A DNA stretch of 41,953 nt from Deltaproteobacteria bacterium (GTDB lineage: Bacteria > Myxococcota_A > Polyangia > Fen-1088), in assembly GCA_033763315.1 (NCBI GenBank), contig JANRKS010000015.1:1-41953 (forward strand). Reading direction: 5' to 3'. Shown here piece by piece: positions 28,397 to 37,832 of this stretch. The notes under the pieces were generated by a model. It searched no databases. It worked only from the letters and a program-made list of their open reading frames with translations, and was not told the origin of the DNA. Made by a program: the position numbers and the translations under genes. Position 1 is the stretch's first letter; the number at the start of each line of letters is the position of its first letter.

Positions 28397-29794
28397 TTAA
28401 GGCTGCGGCACGCGCAAGACGAACCCGTCCTGTCCATCCGTGGCTGTGGCCTGCTGACCCACGCCGATCGTCAACTGGTTGGTGAAGCTGCCACCAATGA
28501 GCAAATCATTGCCCTGCGCCGCCATCGCCCTAACTTGAACAACACCTGTGCTGCTCCACCGCTGCAGGGCCTTTCGCTGGCCGTCGACGCCCAACCGAAC
28601 CAGCCCCGGTACACCTTGATCTTCGTCAGCGTCCACCACCGCACACGCGCCGCATGCCACAATCACATCGCCTGCCGCGGTGGCAAGCACATCGTGGCCC
28701 CCCTCCACCAGGTCGTTGCCGCCCAAAGATTGCAACCAACGCGGGGACAGGTCGGGATTTAGCGCCAAGACGAAGGTGTCTTGCGGTCTGCTGGTGATCA
28801 ACGCGGGGAGTCCGTCGATCGCGAAACGACCGGCAAAGCCGCCCACAACCACAGGGCCCGCGCTTGTCAGCGCCAAACGGGGATGCACCACACCTTCGGA
28901 GCTTCGAAACGATCGGGCCAGCACCATCTCCCCCGCACTGTTGAACTTCAACAACCACAACCACGGCGGTCGGTCGGCGTCATCGGACACCGCCGAGTCA
29001 GAGCCCGACGCGGCCACCAGAAGTCCATCGGGCAGCCAGGTTACGCTGCTCACGGACCGGATAAACCGATCCCCCTGCGAACGGGCCCACAGGGGCAGAC
29101 CATTTCGAACGACCCCGACAAATCCCCACCCGTTTGAATCAGATGGCACGGGACCGTTGAACCATGGCAGAGGCGCGGACTCGACTGTCCACAAGATTCC
29201 CCCAACAGCGAGATCATCTGCCGCTGGCCGCGCTGTCAGCAACCGGTGGGTGAGAGTTGGATCGCACGGTATTCCGGCAACACAGCTGGGATTCAGAGGC
29301 GTCGACGATTTCGTGACGGCGCCGGTGGACGAGACTGAATCTATGAAGCCGATTGAGTCCTGAGATTCTGTGCGGTACGTGCCCGCGACAGACACGCTGC
29401 TTGCGTCGGCGCTGAACATCGTCGCCACTTCGTCATCCCATCCGAAGTCACGGCCTGGCACGGGCATGCGCCACCGGGCGGTGCCATTGGTTCGCGCAAA
29501 AGCCGCCACGAACACATCCGTCGATGCTTCATCGGGATCTGTTCCGGGCTGTTGGCCGGCCACAATGATTTGATCATCGGGACCGAAGGCCACCGCCGAT
29601 ACGGCTTGATCTCCCTCACCTGGAACGATCGCGATCCACGAGGCAGGTGCGCCCACCTCTGCTCCTGCATCGCCGCCCGCATCGGAGCTGATGGTTCCAA
29701 GCGAAACCTCGCGCGGCGCGCACGCCGGGTGCAAGGCCAGCAGACCCAGAAGAGCACACGTCAACCGACGTGGTGTGCAGACCATAGCCAACAT
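28397..29794 (-). CDS. Hypothetical lipoprotein, likely beta-propeller
   Basis: Signal ..LLGLLALHPAC; repeated units DVFVAAF...G...W, LLKFNSAG, DTFVLALN....W, DGFVLR. Confidence 0.65.
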   Translation of the reverse strand: MLAMVCTPRRLTCALLGLLALHPACAPREVSLGTISSDAGGDAGAEVGAPASWIAIVPGEGDQAVSAVAFGPDDQIIVAGQQPGTDPDEASTDVFVAAFARTNGTARWRMPVPGRDFGWDDEVATMFSADASSVSVAGTYRTESQDSIGFIDSVSSTGAVTKSSTPLNPSCVAGIPCDPTLTHRLLTARPAADDLAVGGILWTVESAPLPWFNGPVPSDSNGWGFVGVVRNGLPLWARSQGDRFIRSVSSVTWLPDGLLVAASGSDSAVSDDADRPPWLWLLKFNSAGEMVLARSFRSSEGVVHPRLALTSAGPVVVGGFAGRFAIDGLPALITSRPQDTFVLALNPDLSPRWLQSLGGNDLVEGGHDVLATAAGDVIVACGACAVVDADEDQGVPGLVRLGVDGQRKALQRWSSTGVVQVRAMAAQGNDLLIGGSFTNQLTIGVGQQATATDGQDGFVLRVPQP

Positions 29795-29852
29795 GCTCGA
29801 TGTGGCGGCGAGCGTACCATGACCTAAACAACGAGGCTTCCGAACGCCCTTG

Positions 29853-29880
29853 ATGATCGAATCGGTGTGGCGACGCTACT
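29853..29880 (+). promoter_or_regulatory. Putative ECF promoter, distal, facing the sigma gene
   Basis: ATGATCG-N15-GCTACT. Confidence 0.65.
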
Positions 29881-29986
29881 TAGCCGGCCATAACAGCCAC
29901 GGTCGCTAGGCAACCGCTGGTGGTTTACATGTAGGCGAAAAGAGGTCTTGTGACGCGCTTGGGAATTTCGGTGAATCTGCCGAATA

Positions 29987-30014
29987 ATGATCGAAATGGC
30001 ACCGGCAGGATACT
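29987..30014 (+). promoter_or_regulatory. Putative ECF promoter, proximal, facing the sigma gene
   Basis: ATGATCG-N15-GATACT. Confidence 0.65.
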
Positions 30015-30060
30015 GGCCTTTAAACCAGTTCCTGCAGGGTCCAAAGTGTCATCTCCGTCC

Positions 30061-30681
30061 ATGTCACGCTCCAACGCCAGCCGCCCGCCCGCCGGCCTTC
30101 GTTCACTCGAAGACGCCGTTAAAGCCGCGCAAGCAGGCGACGCCGAGGCCGTGCGTGATGTGATCTTGGCTTGTGCCAGCAGCATCCTTGGCACCGTTAG
30201 GCGTATTGTGGGGGCACGCCACCCTGACGTTGAAGACATCGCTCAAGACGCCGCGATTCACTTGGTCAAAGCGCTGCCCAGTTACCGCGGCGAATGCTCG
30301 TTGCGGCATTTCGCATGCCGCGTGGCCACCAACCGCGCGCTGGCGGCCCGTCGACACGCGGGTTACCGGCAAGAGTGGACGCCCGCCGTGGATCCCACGC
30401 TGCTTGAGCAGCACGCCGACGTTGACGCCGACGAAGAAGATCCCATGGTCGCCGCGCAAAAGCGTGCCGCGGTTCGGGCGTTGTTGGATGAACTTCCTCC
30501 AGCCCAGTCCGAAGCGTTGGCGCTATATTTTGTGATGGGTTTGACCGCCGAAGAGATCGCGGCGACAACGGGCGTGGGCGTGCCTGCGGTGCGTGGGCGC
30601 TTGCGGCTTGCGCGGCAAGAACTCAAAGCGCGCATCGAAGGCAATGTGACCTTGTCAGATATGCTGAAGGGCAGCGCATGA
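30061..30681 (+). CDS. ECF-subfamily RNA polymerase sigma factor
   Basis: Region 2 DVEDIAQD..LPSYRGECSLRHFACRVA; region 4 LDELPPAQSEALAL..GLTAEEIA..VRGRLRLAR. Start uncertain (ATG 30061 or GTG 30046). Confidence 0.92.
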   Translation: MSRSNASRPPAGLRSLEDAVKAAQAGDAEAVRDVILACASSILGTVRRIVGARHPDVEDIAQDAAIHLVKALPSYRGECSLRHFACRVATNRALAARRHAGYRQEWTPAVDPTLLEQHADVDADEEDPMVAAQKRAAVRALLDELPPAQSEALALYFVMGLTAEEIAATTGVGVPAVRGRLRLARQELKARIEGNVTLSDMLKGSA

Positions 30682-31643
30682 GCCGCGAACATGACGATCA
30701 ACACGATAACGAGCAAGCCGACCAAGAGCTTGCGCGCTACGTGCAAAAATTGTTCGCTTCACAAAGCGCGGCGCAACCAGGGGATGAACTGCGCAGCATG
30801 CGGCTCGCCACCCGCACGGCGGCCGCTGTGTCTCGGCTGCAAGAGGATCCGCTGTTGTCGTCAACGTTGCGTGCCTTCGATGCAGAGGCATTGGTGTTGC
30901 CTGACGATCAAGCTTTGGCAGCGCGCCTCGCATCTGCGGCCGTCTTAGGTTCGGGAGCGTCGCCCGTGCGCCGACGCCGCAGTGGCTCTTGGCTGGGCAT
31001 GCCGATGGCTCTCAGCGTGGTTCTGATTTCATCAGGTGTGTTGGCGGCCAGCGCGTTGGTTGTCAAAGTTGTTGTCCCTGCGTTCGTGGCGCGCGAACCG
31101 CTTGAGCCTACGCGTCGACATCCACGCCGCGTGTCCCCGCCGATCGTCGCTGCACCCGTGGTGCCGGTTGTGCCAACGAAGCCCGAAGAGCCGCCCACCG
31201 AAGCCCCACAAGAGACTCCCGCGGTGTCCGCCCCCAAACCGCGCGCGCATTCTGAGCTCGGCAAGGCGTCGCAGTTGTTTGCCCAGGCCAACCGCGAGCG
31301 ACGCAACGGCCACACGAGCCAAGCCATCGCGCTTTATAGGCGTTTGGTTCAACGCCACGGCGGCGCCGCCGAAGCTGGTTTGGCGCGTTTGTCGTTGGCT
31401 GATCTGGATGCGGCTGCTGGGCGCCGCAGGCAAGCGTTGGCTCAACTCAACGCCTTTTTGGCATCGCCTTCGTCATCACCCGCCCTGGTGCAAGAGGCTT
31501 TGCAGCGAAAGGCACGCCTTCTGGCTGCCGCACATCGCACGCGGGAAGCGCGCGCGGCTTGGAATGAACTTCGCACGCGGTTTCCCCAATCTGTCTATCG
31601 CGCAGAAGCGGAGCGTTTCTTGGCTTCGCCTGCTTCACAATGA
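30678..31643 (+). CDS. Putative anti-sigma factor: cytoplasmic N-terminus, single TM, Pro-rich linker, periplasmic TPR-like domain
   Basis: ATGA overlap with the sigma gene; TM ALSVVLISSGVLAASALVV; LFAQANRERRNG..AIALYRRL..RFPQSVY. Confidence 0.75.
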   Translation: MSREHDDQHDNEQADQELARYVQKLFASQSAAQPGDELRSMRLATRTAAAVSRLQEDPLLSSTLRAFDAEALVLPDDQALAARLASAAVLGSGASPVRRRRSGSWLGMPMALSVVLISSGVLAASALVVKVVVPAFVAREPLEPTRRHPRRVSPPIVAAPVVPVVPTKPEEPPTEAPQETPAVSAPKPRAHSELGKASQLFAQANRERRNGHTSQAIALYRRLVQRHGGAAEAGLARLSLADLDAAAGRRRQALAQLNAFLASPSSSPALVQEALQRKARLLAAAHRTREARAAWNELRTRFPQSVYRAEAERFLASPASQ

Positions 31644-32764
31644 CACGAAACCTGCGCCTCGTTGTCCTGAGCCTGATCGTTGGCGTGGCTGCGTGGGCGC
31701 CGCGCCTATTGCATGCGGCCTCATTGCGCGTGGTGGTGGCGCCCCCGCACGCGCCGCTGCTGCCCGTGTTGCAGGAGCGCTTTCTTCGCCGGCATTGGCA
31801 GGCGCGCATCGAACAACGCGAACGTGTGGATCGGGCAGAACCAACCACGCAAACGATGGCCAGCGACGCGGCCGTGGTGAAGGTGTTCATTGATTTGCAA
31901 ACCCCCGGTTGGGCACGCCTGGTGTTTGTGCAGCCGGGAGGGGAACGTTTCACGATCCGAGATCTGCGTTTTGCACAGGGGCTTAACGAAGTGGCGCGCG
32001 AAACGATCGGCTTCGTCGTTGACTCGGCGGTGGATAGTTTATTCGCTGGTCTGCAATTCGAGTTGTCGCGCAACGACGCCGAGGTTGCCTTGCAAAAGGC
32101 GCCCACCCCGGTGGCGCCTGAGCCAGTGACGCCGCCGGCGCGCCCGGCTTCGCCGGTGAGTGTGCCTGTGCCCGTCGTTAGACCAGCCGCGGCGGTCGTG
32201 AGAGAAAACGCCATCGCCACGCCCACGCCTGCAAGATGGAGTCGCTATGTGGGCGCAGGCTACAGCGCGAGCGCTGCCGGTACGTCGGGCCTGGCCTGGT
32301 TGGCTGGGCCGTCACTCTTACTGGGCCAACATTCGTCGCGAACACAGACGCAGCTCGAAGTCGGTTGGTTGATGTCAACGCCGATCAGCGGCGATGTTGT
32401 TGCCGGCGATGTGTGGGGTGCAGGCGGCCGCGCAAGTGGCGGGTGGCGATGGTCGCGCGGCGCTTTTGCGTTTGCCCTGCTGCCAGTGCGCGTTGGCGTC
32501 GAGGTTCTGCGTGTGAACCCAGAAGCGCAAACCACGGGTGCCACGGCCGCCAGCGCTCAAACGCTGGTGTCTCCGCTGGTGGGCGCGGCCGCGGGGGCCT
32601 CGTGGCGTGTGGGCGGCGGCATCACGTTTATGGCATTCATGGCAGCCGATGTTGACCTGCGCGGCACGCGCTTTACCGCGCAAAACAGCGGCACCACGCA
32701 AACCGTCGCCGACGTGTGGCGTGTGCGGCCGTGTGCGACGCTCGCCGTGGCCTGGGGCCACTAA
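31640..32764 (+). CDS. Hypothetical exported protein with probable C-terminal beta-barrel
   Basis: Signal peptide, Pro-rich hinge, alternating amphipathic strands ending LAVAWGH; ATGA overlap with the anti-sigma gene. Confidence 0.6.
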   Translation: MTRNLRLVVLSLIVGVAAWAPRLLHAASLRVVVAPPHAPLLPVLQERFLRRHWQARIEQRERVDRAEPTTQTMASDAAVVKVFIDLQTPGWARLVFVQPGGERFTIRDLRFAQGLNEVARETIGFVVDSAVDSLFAGLQFELSRNDAEVALQKAPTPVAPEPVTPPARPASPVSVPVPVVRPAAAVVRENAIATPTPARWSRYVGAGYSASAAGTSGLAWLAGPSLLLGQHSSRTQTQLEVGWLMSTPISGDVVAGDVWGAGGRASGGWRWSRGAFAFALLPVRVGVEVLRVNPEAQTTGATAASAQTLVSPLVGAAAGASWRVGGGITFMAFMAADVDLRGTRFTAQNSGTTQTVADVWRVRPCATLAVAWGH

Positions 32765-32836
32765 AAAACGCGCGCTTGGCTTGCTCCCGCACTTAATTGA
32801 GCTGACCTGCGCGCGGGCCGCGTCTATCTCCCCCTT

Positions 32837-34162
32837 ATGAAGCGCCATCCCTTGAGTGCCATTGTGTTGTGTGCCCTTGTTGTGGCTTGCCGAGGCAGCT
32901 CGGGCGAAGGTGAAGCCGCGGGCGGTGACGGTGGCTTGGTGGCGGACGATGGGCAGGGTGGCGCGGCAGGGATGGCGGGTCGCAACGCTGGTGGGGCCGT
33001 CGCAGGCGAGGGGGGCGGCTCGGGCGGTGCAGGCGTGGGGGGCGGCGGTGCAGGCGGAACGTTGGGCGCCGGTGGCAAAGGAGGCGCTGCAGGCGGCTCG
33101 CAGAGTGCGGGTGGAAATAGGGGCACCGCTGGCTCTGGCGGCTCCGCCACATTGGGTGGCACGGGTGGCGGAGCGAAACGCGATCCGTGGTTGTGGCCGT
33201 TTTCTGCAAACAGCATTTGGAACCAGCCGATCGGTGACGGTGCGGTGATGGTGCCCGCAAACTTGCAATCCGCCGCGCACGTCGGCGTCGACATTCAAAT
33301 CATGTTGAAGCTCAAGGCGTCTGATCCGGCCCGCGCGGTGCTCGGCAGCACCACATTCGGCCCCGGAAGGTGTGGCGGCACCGAAGATCTCGGATTCAAA
33401 CTAAATGTTCCCGACAACTGGATCGTGCCAGACGCTGGCAACAGCCCTTACGGTGGCACACCCAACAGCAACTTTGCCTTCCTGCAGCCCGATGGCGTCA
33501 CATTGTTCGAGGGCAACGTGGTGGCGCGCTGTGTGGCCGCGGGCCCTGTCTATGTGCCCGACTTTTTCCGTTTCCCCAACAACCGCAAAATGCAATCCAT
33601 CACGGGTGACGGGCTCAACGGTGGCGGCCAAGGCGCAAGCCACATGTCGGCCATGGGCGGAACCTTGCGCAAGGGTGAACTGACCGGAGCCGATCCGATT
33701 CGTCACGCGGTGAAGGTAAACCCATTTGCGCAGAAGTATCTTTTCTACTCCGCACAAGTCCCGGGTTTTCGATGGCCCGCGAAAGCGGCCGATAGCTACG
33801 CCAACGGCGGCTACAAAGGCACGAACGCCGCCCTCGTCATGGGCGCGCTGTTGGCGATTCCAAAGAACGTCACGCCCGAATCAATCGGCATAGCATCGGA
33901 ACCGGCCAAAAAGCTATTTTTCGCCCTCAAACACTACGGCGCCTATTTCACCGAAGACGCCGCGTGGGACGTTTGGGATCTGGTCGTTGAACGCGACGCT
34001 GAACTCGAGTTCGAGAAAAAATGGGGCTTCTCCATGTTCAGCGACATTTGGAAGGCGGACGTGAACCGCCTGGCCAAGGCGTTGTGGATCGTCGACAACA
34101 ACACGGCCACATCGATTGGTGGCGGCGGTACGCCGCTTCAACCGCTGGCGCCGGGGTTCTAG
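32837..34162 (+). CDS. Hypothetical lipoprotein with Gly-rich linker
   Basis: Lipobox VVAC, long Gly-rich tract, then a globular domain starting RDPWLWPFSANSIWNQPIG. Confidence 0.75.
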   Translation: MKRHPLSAIVLCALVVACRGSSGEGEAAGGDGGLVADDGQGGAAGMAGRNAGGAVAGEGGGSGGAGVGGGGAGGTLGAGGKGGAAGGSQSAGGNRGTAGSGGSATLGGTGGGAKRDPWLWPFSANSIWNQPIGDGAVMVPANLQSAAHVGVDIQIMLKLKASDPARAVLGSTTFGPGRCGGTEDLGFKLNVPDNWIVPDAGNSPYGGTPNSNFAFLQPDGVTLFEGNVVARCVAAGPVYVPDFFRFPNNRKMQSITGDGLNGGGQGASHMSAMGGTLRKGELTGADPIRHAVKVNPFAQKYLFYSAQVPGFRWPAKAADSYANGGYKGTNAALVMGALLAIPKNVTPESIGIASEPAKKLFFALKHYGAYFTEDAAWDVWDLVVERDAELEFEKKWGFSMFSDIWKADVNRLAKALWIVDNNTATSIGGGGTPLQPLAPGF

Positions 34163-34170
34163 GCGCCCTT

Positions 34171-34938
34171 TCACTTCAACGCTGGCCGCAATACGTCCCA
34201 CAAAAGCAGCTTCAGCGCCAGCGCGGCCACAGACACCAAGAACAACACGCGTACGAACTTATCGCCTTTCTTGAGCGCCGCGTGTGCGCCCAGCCATCCA
34301 CCGCCGAAGTTGGCGATGGCCAGGGGAACCCCGATGCGCAAGTCGATGAGGCCGCCCGCAAAGAACACCGCGCAGGCCGCCACGCAGGACACAAGGTTCA
34401 CGGGTTTTGTGATCGCCACTGATTCCATCATCGAAAGGCCAAGCGCCGCCGTGCAAAGCACCGTCATCAGCGTTGTGTAGCCGCCAGAAAAGAAGCCACC
34501 ATAGATCCCCAGCAACGTGGCGCCCGCAAAGCCCACAAGTTTGCGTTTGTTCGTCAGCGTCTCGGGCGGCGCGGTGGCGCCTTTGCGCACGATCATAAAC
34601 AACACCAGCGCGCCCATGCACAATCCCACCACAGCTTTGACCAGTGGCTCCGCCAATTTTACGGCGATAAGGGCGCCGAACGCAGACGTGAGCGCCGTGA
34701 TCACGCCCAGCGGCCACAGCAGCTGGCTTTTGATCAGTCCCGCCCGTGCGAACCGTGCGGTGGCTGAAACAGTCATGAACAACACCGCGAACATGTTTGT
34801 GGCCACCGCGTGGCGCGCGCTCATGCCCATTGTGATCATGATTGGTACATTGATGAGCGAATTGCCGCCCGTGATGGCACCAATGGCCCCCGTGATCAGC
34901 ATCAACACCGTTAGAACCGCCAAGGCGCTTGCGCTCAT
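34171..34938 (-). CDS. TauE/SafE (TSUP) family membrane transporter
   Basis: GAITGGNSLINVP, AVATN, GIYGGFFSGG, GGWLGAH; highly hydrophobic. Start trimmed to ATG 34938. Confidence 0.85.
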   Translation of the reverse strand: MSASALAVLTVLMLITGAIGAITGGNSLINVPIMITMGMSARHAVATNMFAVLFMTVSATARFARAGLIKSQLLWPLGVITALTSAFGALIAVKLAEPLVKAVVGLCMGALVLFMIVRKGATAPPETLTNKRKLVGFAGATLLGIYGGFFSGGYTTLMTVLCTAALGLSMMESVAITKPVNLVSCVAACAVFFAGGLIDLRIGVPLAIANFGGGWLGAHAALKKGDKFVRVLFLVSVAALALKLLLWDVLRPALK

Positions 34939-34996
34939 GTCGTGGTTCTTATCGCTTGGATCACCGGAGGCAAGCCCCCCCGTCAAAGGCGGGTTG

Positions 34997-36211
34997 TCAA
35001 TTGGCCGGCAAGGCTGAGAAGCGCTGCACAAGCTGCAAAAGCTCGCGATCTGATCCCCTCGGGCCCACCACTGACACACCAAACGGGCAGCCTTCAAGGG
35101 TGCCAACGGGCAGTGAAATCTGCGGCAAGCCAGCCAAGCTAGCAATGGCACACAGCATCGAACACTTTTCCGTGAACGCCTCTAGGTGATCGTCCGATTC
35201 GCGGCGTGGCGGCGCCGCGCCTGCGGCCGTTGGAATCACCAGCACGGATCCTGTGGATAGCAGCGCGTGCATCGCAGCGTTGATGGACTCAGCGTGCGCG
35301 CGTATGGCGTCGGTCACTGGCGGCGCCGTCATCGCTTGCGTCACAAGTTTTCCCGCCATCGCACCCAGATGTGGCCGCTGTAGTTCAATCCATTCGCCGT
35401 GGCATTGCCTCAGCTCTTCGTTTTGCAGCGCCACATAGGTGCTTCGCCACGAAGCAAGCGAGCCTGTCTCAGGGCTGGTCACCAGACCCGTGGTCAATGG
35501 CAAACCCGTGGTCACTTGCACGTGGTCTGCCCCTTGCGCAAACACACGCCATACGTGATTCGAGAGCAAGTCGTGCGTGTCCAAAGGCACAAGCAGCTGC
35601 GTGAAAGGAACGCTGAGCCCGCTTGCCGGCAGCAATGCGTTGCCCACCTCGCGCAAAAGGCGTGGCGTTCGGCACAGCCATCCCACTGTATCGAACCGGG
35701 GTGCCAAAGGCCAAACGTCCTTCATCGACACAGCGCCATGGCTCGGCCGCATGCCAAACAAACCACAATGGCCCGCAGGAACCCGGACGGAACCACCGGC
35801 GTCGGTGCCAAGCGCGAAGTCCACCTGGCCTGCGGCAACCGCCACAGCGGAGCCTGCAGCCGATCCACCTGGAACACGATCAAAGCGCGCTGGATTCGGT
35901 GGGCAACCGTAGTGGGCGTTCTTGCCGCTCAAAGTGAGGGCCAGTTCATCTGTCTGCGTGAGCCCCGTCAGAGTGGCGCCTGCCGCCAGCAGCCGTGCAA
36001 TGACGACCGCCGTCCGCTCGGCCGGCTCGTGGCTGGCCAGCCACGCGGGGTTCCCAAAACAGCACCGTACGCCCTCCACAGAAAACGCGTCTTGAACGGC
36101 GAAGTTGAGCCCGCGCAACGGGCCGTCGGGCGCGCCTGGCAGACGTACCACATCATGCCGGCAGAACGCCGCATGCGAAATGTGGATCTCAGCTTTACGG
36201 GCTAGCTTCAA
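34997..36211 (-). CDS. Amidase-signature family protein with the catalytic Lys position as Gln
   Basis: GPLRGLNFAVQD, TDELA, GKNAHYG, PGGSAAGSAVAVA, GTDAGGSVRVPA, LAGLPQISLP. Start set to TTG 36211, downstream of a hairpin. Confidence 0.8.
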   Translation of the reverse strand: MKLARKAEIHISHAAFCRHDVVRLPGAPDGPLRGLNFAVQDAFSVEGVRCCFGNPAWLASHEPAERTAVVIARLLAAGATLTGLTQTDELALTLSGKNAHYGCPPNPARFDRVPGGSAAGSAVAVAAGQVDFALGTDAGGSVRVPAGHCGLFGMRPSHGAVSMKDVWPLAPRFDTVGWLCRTPRLLREVGNALLPASGLSVPFTQLLVPLDTHDLLSNHVWRVFAQGADHVQVTTGLPLTTGLVTSPETGSLASWRSTYVALQNEELRQCHGEWIELQRPHLGAMAGKLVTQAMTAPPVTDAIRAHAESINAAMHALLSTGSVLVIPTAAGAAPPRRESDDHLEAFTEKCSMLCAIASLAGLPQISLPVGTLEGCPFGVSVVGPRGSDRELLQLVQRFSALPAN

Positions 36212-36237
36212 GGTGATGACCTTTGCAAAAGACGAAC

Positions 36238-36267
36238 GCTTGCGCCCACCCTGTGGCGGGCGCAAGC
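36238..36267 (-). terminator. Stem-loop after the porin gene (terminator or mRNA-stabilising hairpin)
   Basis: GCTTGCGCCC / GGGCGCAAGC arms, followed on the minus strand by GTTCGTCTTTT. Confidence 0.55.
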
Positions 36268-36283
36268 CACGCATCTCAGCGAG

Positions 36284-37558
36284 TCACATCATGATCTGAA
36301 AGCCGACCTGCATGATGTCCTCGGTGGGGCTTGACATGCCCATAGGACCGCCGCCCTTTCTGTGGCGGTAATTCAAGTACCAGCGATCGGCGAAGCCATC
36401 AATGATGTAACCCAAGCCCACGTCAACCACATGCAAGTTGGTCGACCCATCGTAGTCTCCCAGTTGGTAACGAACGTTGGGCTGCAATTGTCCAATACCC
36501 ACCTTGTTGGCAGAGAGCCAGCTCGCTGAAGCCATGAAGCTCTTGCCGGGGAAGGGGCCCGCGATGCCAAGGCCTTGATCAACGGTCCCTTGGTTGACGA
36601 CGTAGCCTGCATCCACATTCGAGAAATCCCAATATCCGCCTTCAAGCGTGATTGTTCCCGGCGTGCCCAGGTTCTTTTCATAGAACACGTCGAATGAGTA
36701 CCCGAGAAAATCGTTCTCGAGCGGCATGGCCGTCTCAACACCCTTTTGGTAGTTGATTGTGGCGCCGATCGCCAGCACATCCTTCTGTCCGAAGTACGTC
36801 CCCGAGTTGTAGTAAAACGCCTCTGGCTCCAGCAGATGAAGAACCAAACGGCCACCGTAGCGCGCGTTCTTCAGGGTCTGTCCCGGTTGCAAGTCAAGCA
36901 TTGAAGCGTGGTATTTAAGCCGGCCGCCCTTGATCAAACCCCAAATGGTGAAACCGCGATCGCGGGCGCCTGTATCGAACGGATAGCTTGGAACGCCGAT
37001 CGCGAAGTTCCATCCGTTGCCAAAGAATGGTCCGTTCATGTTGTTGCGATCGTTGGCACCGATGTGTTGGCCCACCCAGATCTGAAATTCCTCGCGAAAT
37101 TTCAGCTGCATGATCGCGTCGAGTATGGCGAATTGCCCTAAGCCTTTGGCCGTTCCCAATTCAAACGATCCGAAAAATCCGAGCGTGGGATTGAGCTGTC
37201 CTGTCATGAAGGGACGTATGTTGGCCTGATCCACCAAGCCGTCGTTGAGGCTTATCAGGGTTTTGTCTTGAGGGTTGTTGAACGACAATGCAAGGCCTGT
37301 ACGCATACCCAGGCCAACGGTTAAGGTGGGCTTCGCGGGCGGCGCTTCTTTCTTGACGGCAATCTCCGCTACCTTTGGCTCCGGATCTGCCGCTTGCGCC
37401 TGCGTGCCTGTCATGCTTGTGGCGATCAGCAATGCCACGGCCGAAAGCTTCGCGAGCCGTGCAGGTGCCGGAACTTGTTTGCGGCCACATTGTGCCTTCG
37501 CTATCTGCCCGCCATAAACGCCGCAGTTCACCGGTCTACCTTCGTTGCAATTCTCCAT
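36284..37558 (-). CDS. Outer-membrane porin-like protein (possibly short-chain amide/urea porin, FmdC-like)
   Basis: Strong SD GAGGAGG; long signal ending AQA-A; ILDAIMQLKF..IWVG..DRNNMNGPFF; amphipathic strands ending QVGFQIMM; nitrogen-operon context. Confidence 0.7.
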   Translation of the reverse strand: MENCNEGRPVNCGVYGGQIAKAQCGRKQVPAPARLAKLSAVALLIATSMTGTQAQAADPEPKVAEIAVKKEAPPAKPTLTVGLGMRTGLALSFNNPQDKTLISLNDGLVDQANIRPFMTGQLNPTLGFFGSFELGTAKGLGQFAILDAIMQLKFREEFQIWVGQHIGANDRNNMNGPFFGNGWNFAIGVPSYPFDTGARDRGFTIWGLIKGGRLKYHASMLDLQPGQTLKNARYGGRLVLHLLEPEAFYYNSGTYFGQKDVLAIGATINYQKGVETAMPLENDFLGYSFDVFYEKNLGTPGTITLEGGYWDFSNVDAGYVVNQGTVDQGLGIAGPFPGKSFMASASWLSANKVGIGQLQPNVRYQLGDYDGSTNLHVVDVGLGYIIDGFADRWYLNYRHRKGGGPMGMSSPTEDIMQVGFQIMM

Positions 37559-37673
37559 GTCTTCGACCTCCTCGGAAGGGACGCAATGCCCTCAATACGC
37601 ACATGCCACGGGATGTGTGGCTCATGAATCGCGGTCACATGCCGCCACTCATTGCTTTCCTCTATGCGTACGC

Positions 37674-37733
37674 ACCGTACTTCGGCGAATGTTTCGTTCG
37701 CGTCTCGCCATTGAAAAATGCACGAATAGTTTC
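37674..37733 (-). promoter_or_regulatory. Porin promoter with phased repeats and a -10-like hexamer
   Basis: Minus strand TTTTC-n6-GAGAC-n6-GAAAC-n11-TACGGT, with an extra GAAAC upstream; AT-rich. Confidence 0.6.
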
Positions 37734-37768
37734 GTTTTACTCACGTTCTATTTCGGTGAAAGCAAAAC

Positions 37769-37808
37769 GCGAAAGGCGGCGCCGTTTTTCTACGGCACCG
37801 CCTTTCGC
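37769..37808 (-). terminator. Rho-independent terminator after the permease gene
   Basis: Hairpin GCGAAAGGCGG-CGCCGT..ACGGCA-CCGCCTTTCGC, followed on the minus strand by GTTTTGCTTT. Confidence 0.8.
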
Positions 37809-37832
37809 ACGAACAAGCCAAGCGAACCTTGA

